A stretch of DNA of 24,000 nucleotides from Candidatus Doudnabacteria bacterium (lineage in GTDB: Bacteria; Patescibacteriota; Dojkabacteria; J137; JAEUSD01): assembly GCA_016788825.1 (NCBI GenBank), contig JAEUSD010000011.1, positions 12,322 through 36,321 of the forward strand. Direction: 5' to 3'. Below, in pieces: positions 23,317 through 24,000 of the stretch. A model generated the notes under the pieces. It saw only the letters and a list, made by a program, of their open reading frames with translations. It was not told where the DNA came from and did not search any database. Numbering within the stretch: position 1 is the first letter of the stretch; each line of letters opens with the position of its first letter. Position numbers and translations under genes: made by a program.

Positions 23317-24000
23317 TTACAGTGAAATTTCTTCAAACCTTTGTGGAATATGCGGATGGTCTATCCCCTCTTGTTCAAAACGTTGCTTGAGAGCCTCAGC
23401 CGACTCCGGCTCAGCATGCACCAGCATAATTTTCTTCAACCTCGGAGAGTTATAGCGTTTTACCCAGGCAATATAATCATTCGTATCTCCATGAGCAGAA
23501 AAACCAGTCAAATGCACAATTTTCGCTCTCACCTGAACCAATTTATCCTCAACTACTATCTCCTTCACACCATCCACAAGTTGACGCCCGATAGTCCCCT
23601 CTGCCTGATAGCCAACAAAGATAACAGTATTCTTGGAGTTGCCCAAGTTTGTAACCAAATGCTCAAGAATACGGCCGCCATCAGCCATTCCACTACCCGC
23701 CATAATAATTTGGCCTGGCCGACGAGAAATCTTTTGTGACTGTCTAAAATTCGAAACCCAATGCAATTCTTCGAAGTCAAACAAAGAATCCTCAGCATGA
23801 TCCAAAGCTTCGTGATAAATCTGAGTGACGCGCTGGGCCATTGGACTATCTAGCCACACAGGAACATCACTGCCCAGCGCGCCAGATTGTTTAGCCAGTT
23901 TAAAATCATTCAAAAGCTCTTGGGTACGTTGCACCGCAAAACAAGGAATAAACACACTTCCCCCTCGCTCCAGAGTCTCATTTACAGCATTGATCAATTC
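23317..24000 (-). CDS. MBL-fold beta-CASP family RNA-metabolising hydrolase (C-terminal part; N-terminus beyond the right window edge)
   Basis: The beta-CASP motifs are GGSVFIPCFAVQRTQELL, MAGSGMADGGRILEHL, LTGFSAHGD and MLVHAEPE. The frame is open to base 24000, so the track Met at 23997 is a TTG inside the gene. Confidence 0.8.
   Translation of the reverse strand, partial: ELINAVNETLERGGSVFIPCFAVQRTQELLNDFKLAKQSGALGSDVPVWLDSPMAQRVTQIYHEALDHAEDSLFDFEELHWVSNFRQSQKISRRPGQIIMAGSGMADGGRILEHLVTNLGNSKNTVIFVGYQAEGTIGRQLVDGVKEIVVEDKLVQVRAKIVHLTGFSAHGDTNDYIAWVKRYNSPRLKKIMLVHAEPESAEALKQRFEQEGIDHPHIPQRFEEISL

Noticed and set aside
1-24000. CRISPR arrays, transposases, integrases or long direct/inverted repeats marking a mobile element
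   Set aside because: Reading both strands, I saw no repeat-spacer periodicity, no DDE or tyrosine-recombinase-like ORF, and no matching flanking repeats around the AT-rich orphan genes. Foreign origin of those genes therefore remains a compositional impression only.

Overview
This is a gene-dense 24 kb bacterial window. I call 26 CDS (two truncated at the window edges) and no rRNA, tRNA, CRISPR array or recognisable transposase. The housekeeping backbone is clear from motifs. It comprises a partial amidase_3 cell-wall hydrolase, a lepB-parA-X-parB string, a T-box leader followed by ileS, lgt, nrnA, fmt, and a beta-CASP RNase followed by gatC-gatA-(NYN)-gatB. Visibly more AT-rich genes with no recognisable family are interspersed among these (judged by eye, GC not computed). 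Tight packing, small intergenic regions and many orphan genes suggest a reduced genome, possibly CPR/Patescibacteria-like. That lineage call is inference only.

The items most worth follow-up are:
1. A membrane-anchored 579-aa protein with about 48 cysteines arranged in repeated knot-like modules. It has its own near-consensus promoter.
2. An unknown 264-aa gene sitting between parA and parB, plus a small convergent ORF with a ParB/Srx-like DGxxRxxA motif.
3. An NYN-domain nuclease gene placed one nucleotide after the gatA stop, inside the gatCAB operon.
4. A fully canonical T-box antiterminator/terminator switch upstream of ileS.
5. A recurrent promoter layout with a TATAAT-like box 5-8 nt upstream of the ATG and no Shine-Dalgarno sequence, implying leaderless mRNAs.
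6. A RelE/Phd toxin-antitoxin pair with an 83-nt out-of-frame overlap and an operator-like inverted repeat.
7. A putative Barnase/EndoU/RelE-like toxin-type ORF in an AT-rich patch next to fmt.

All calls come from reading the translations and the sequence by eye. No database search or folding program was run.
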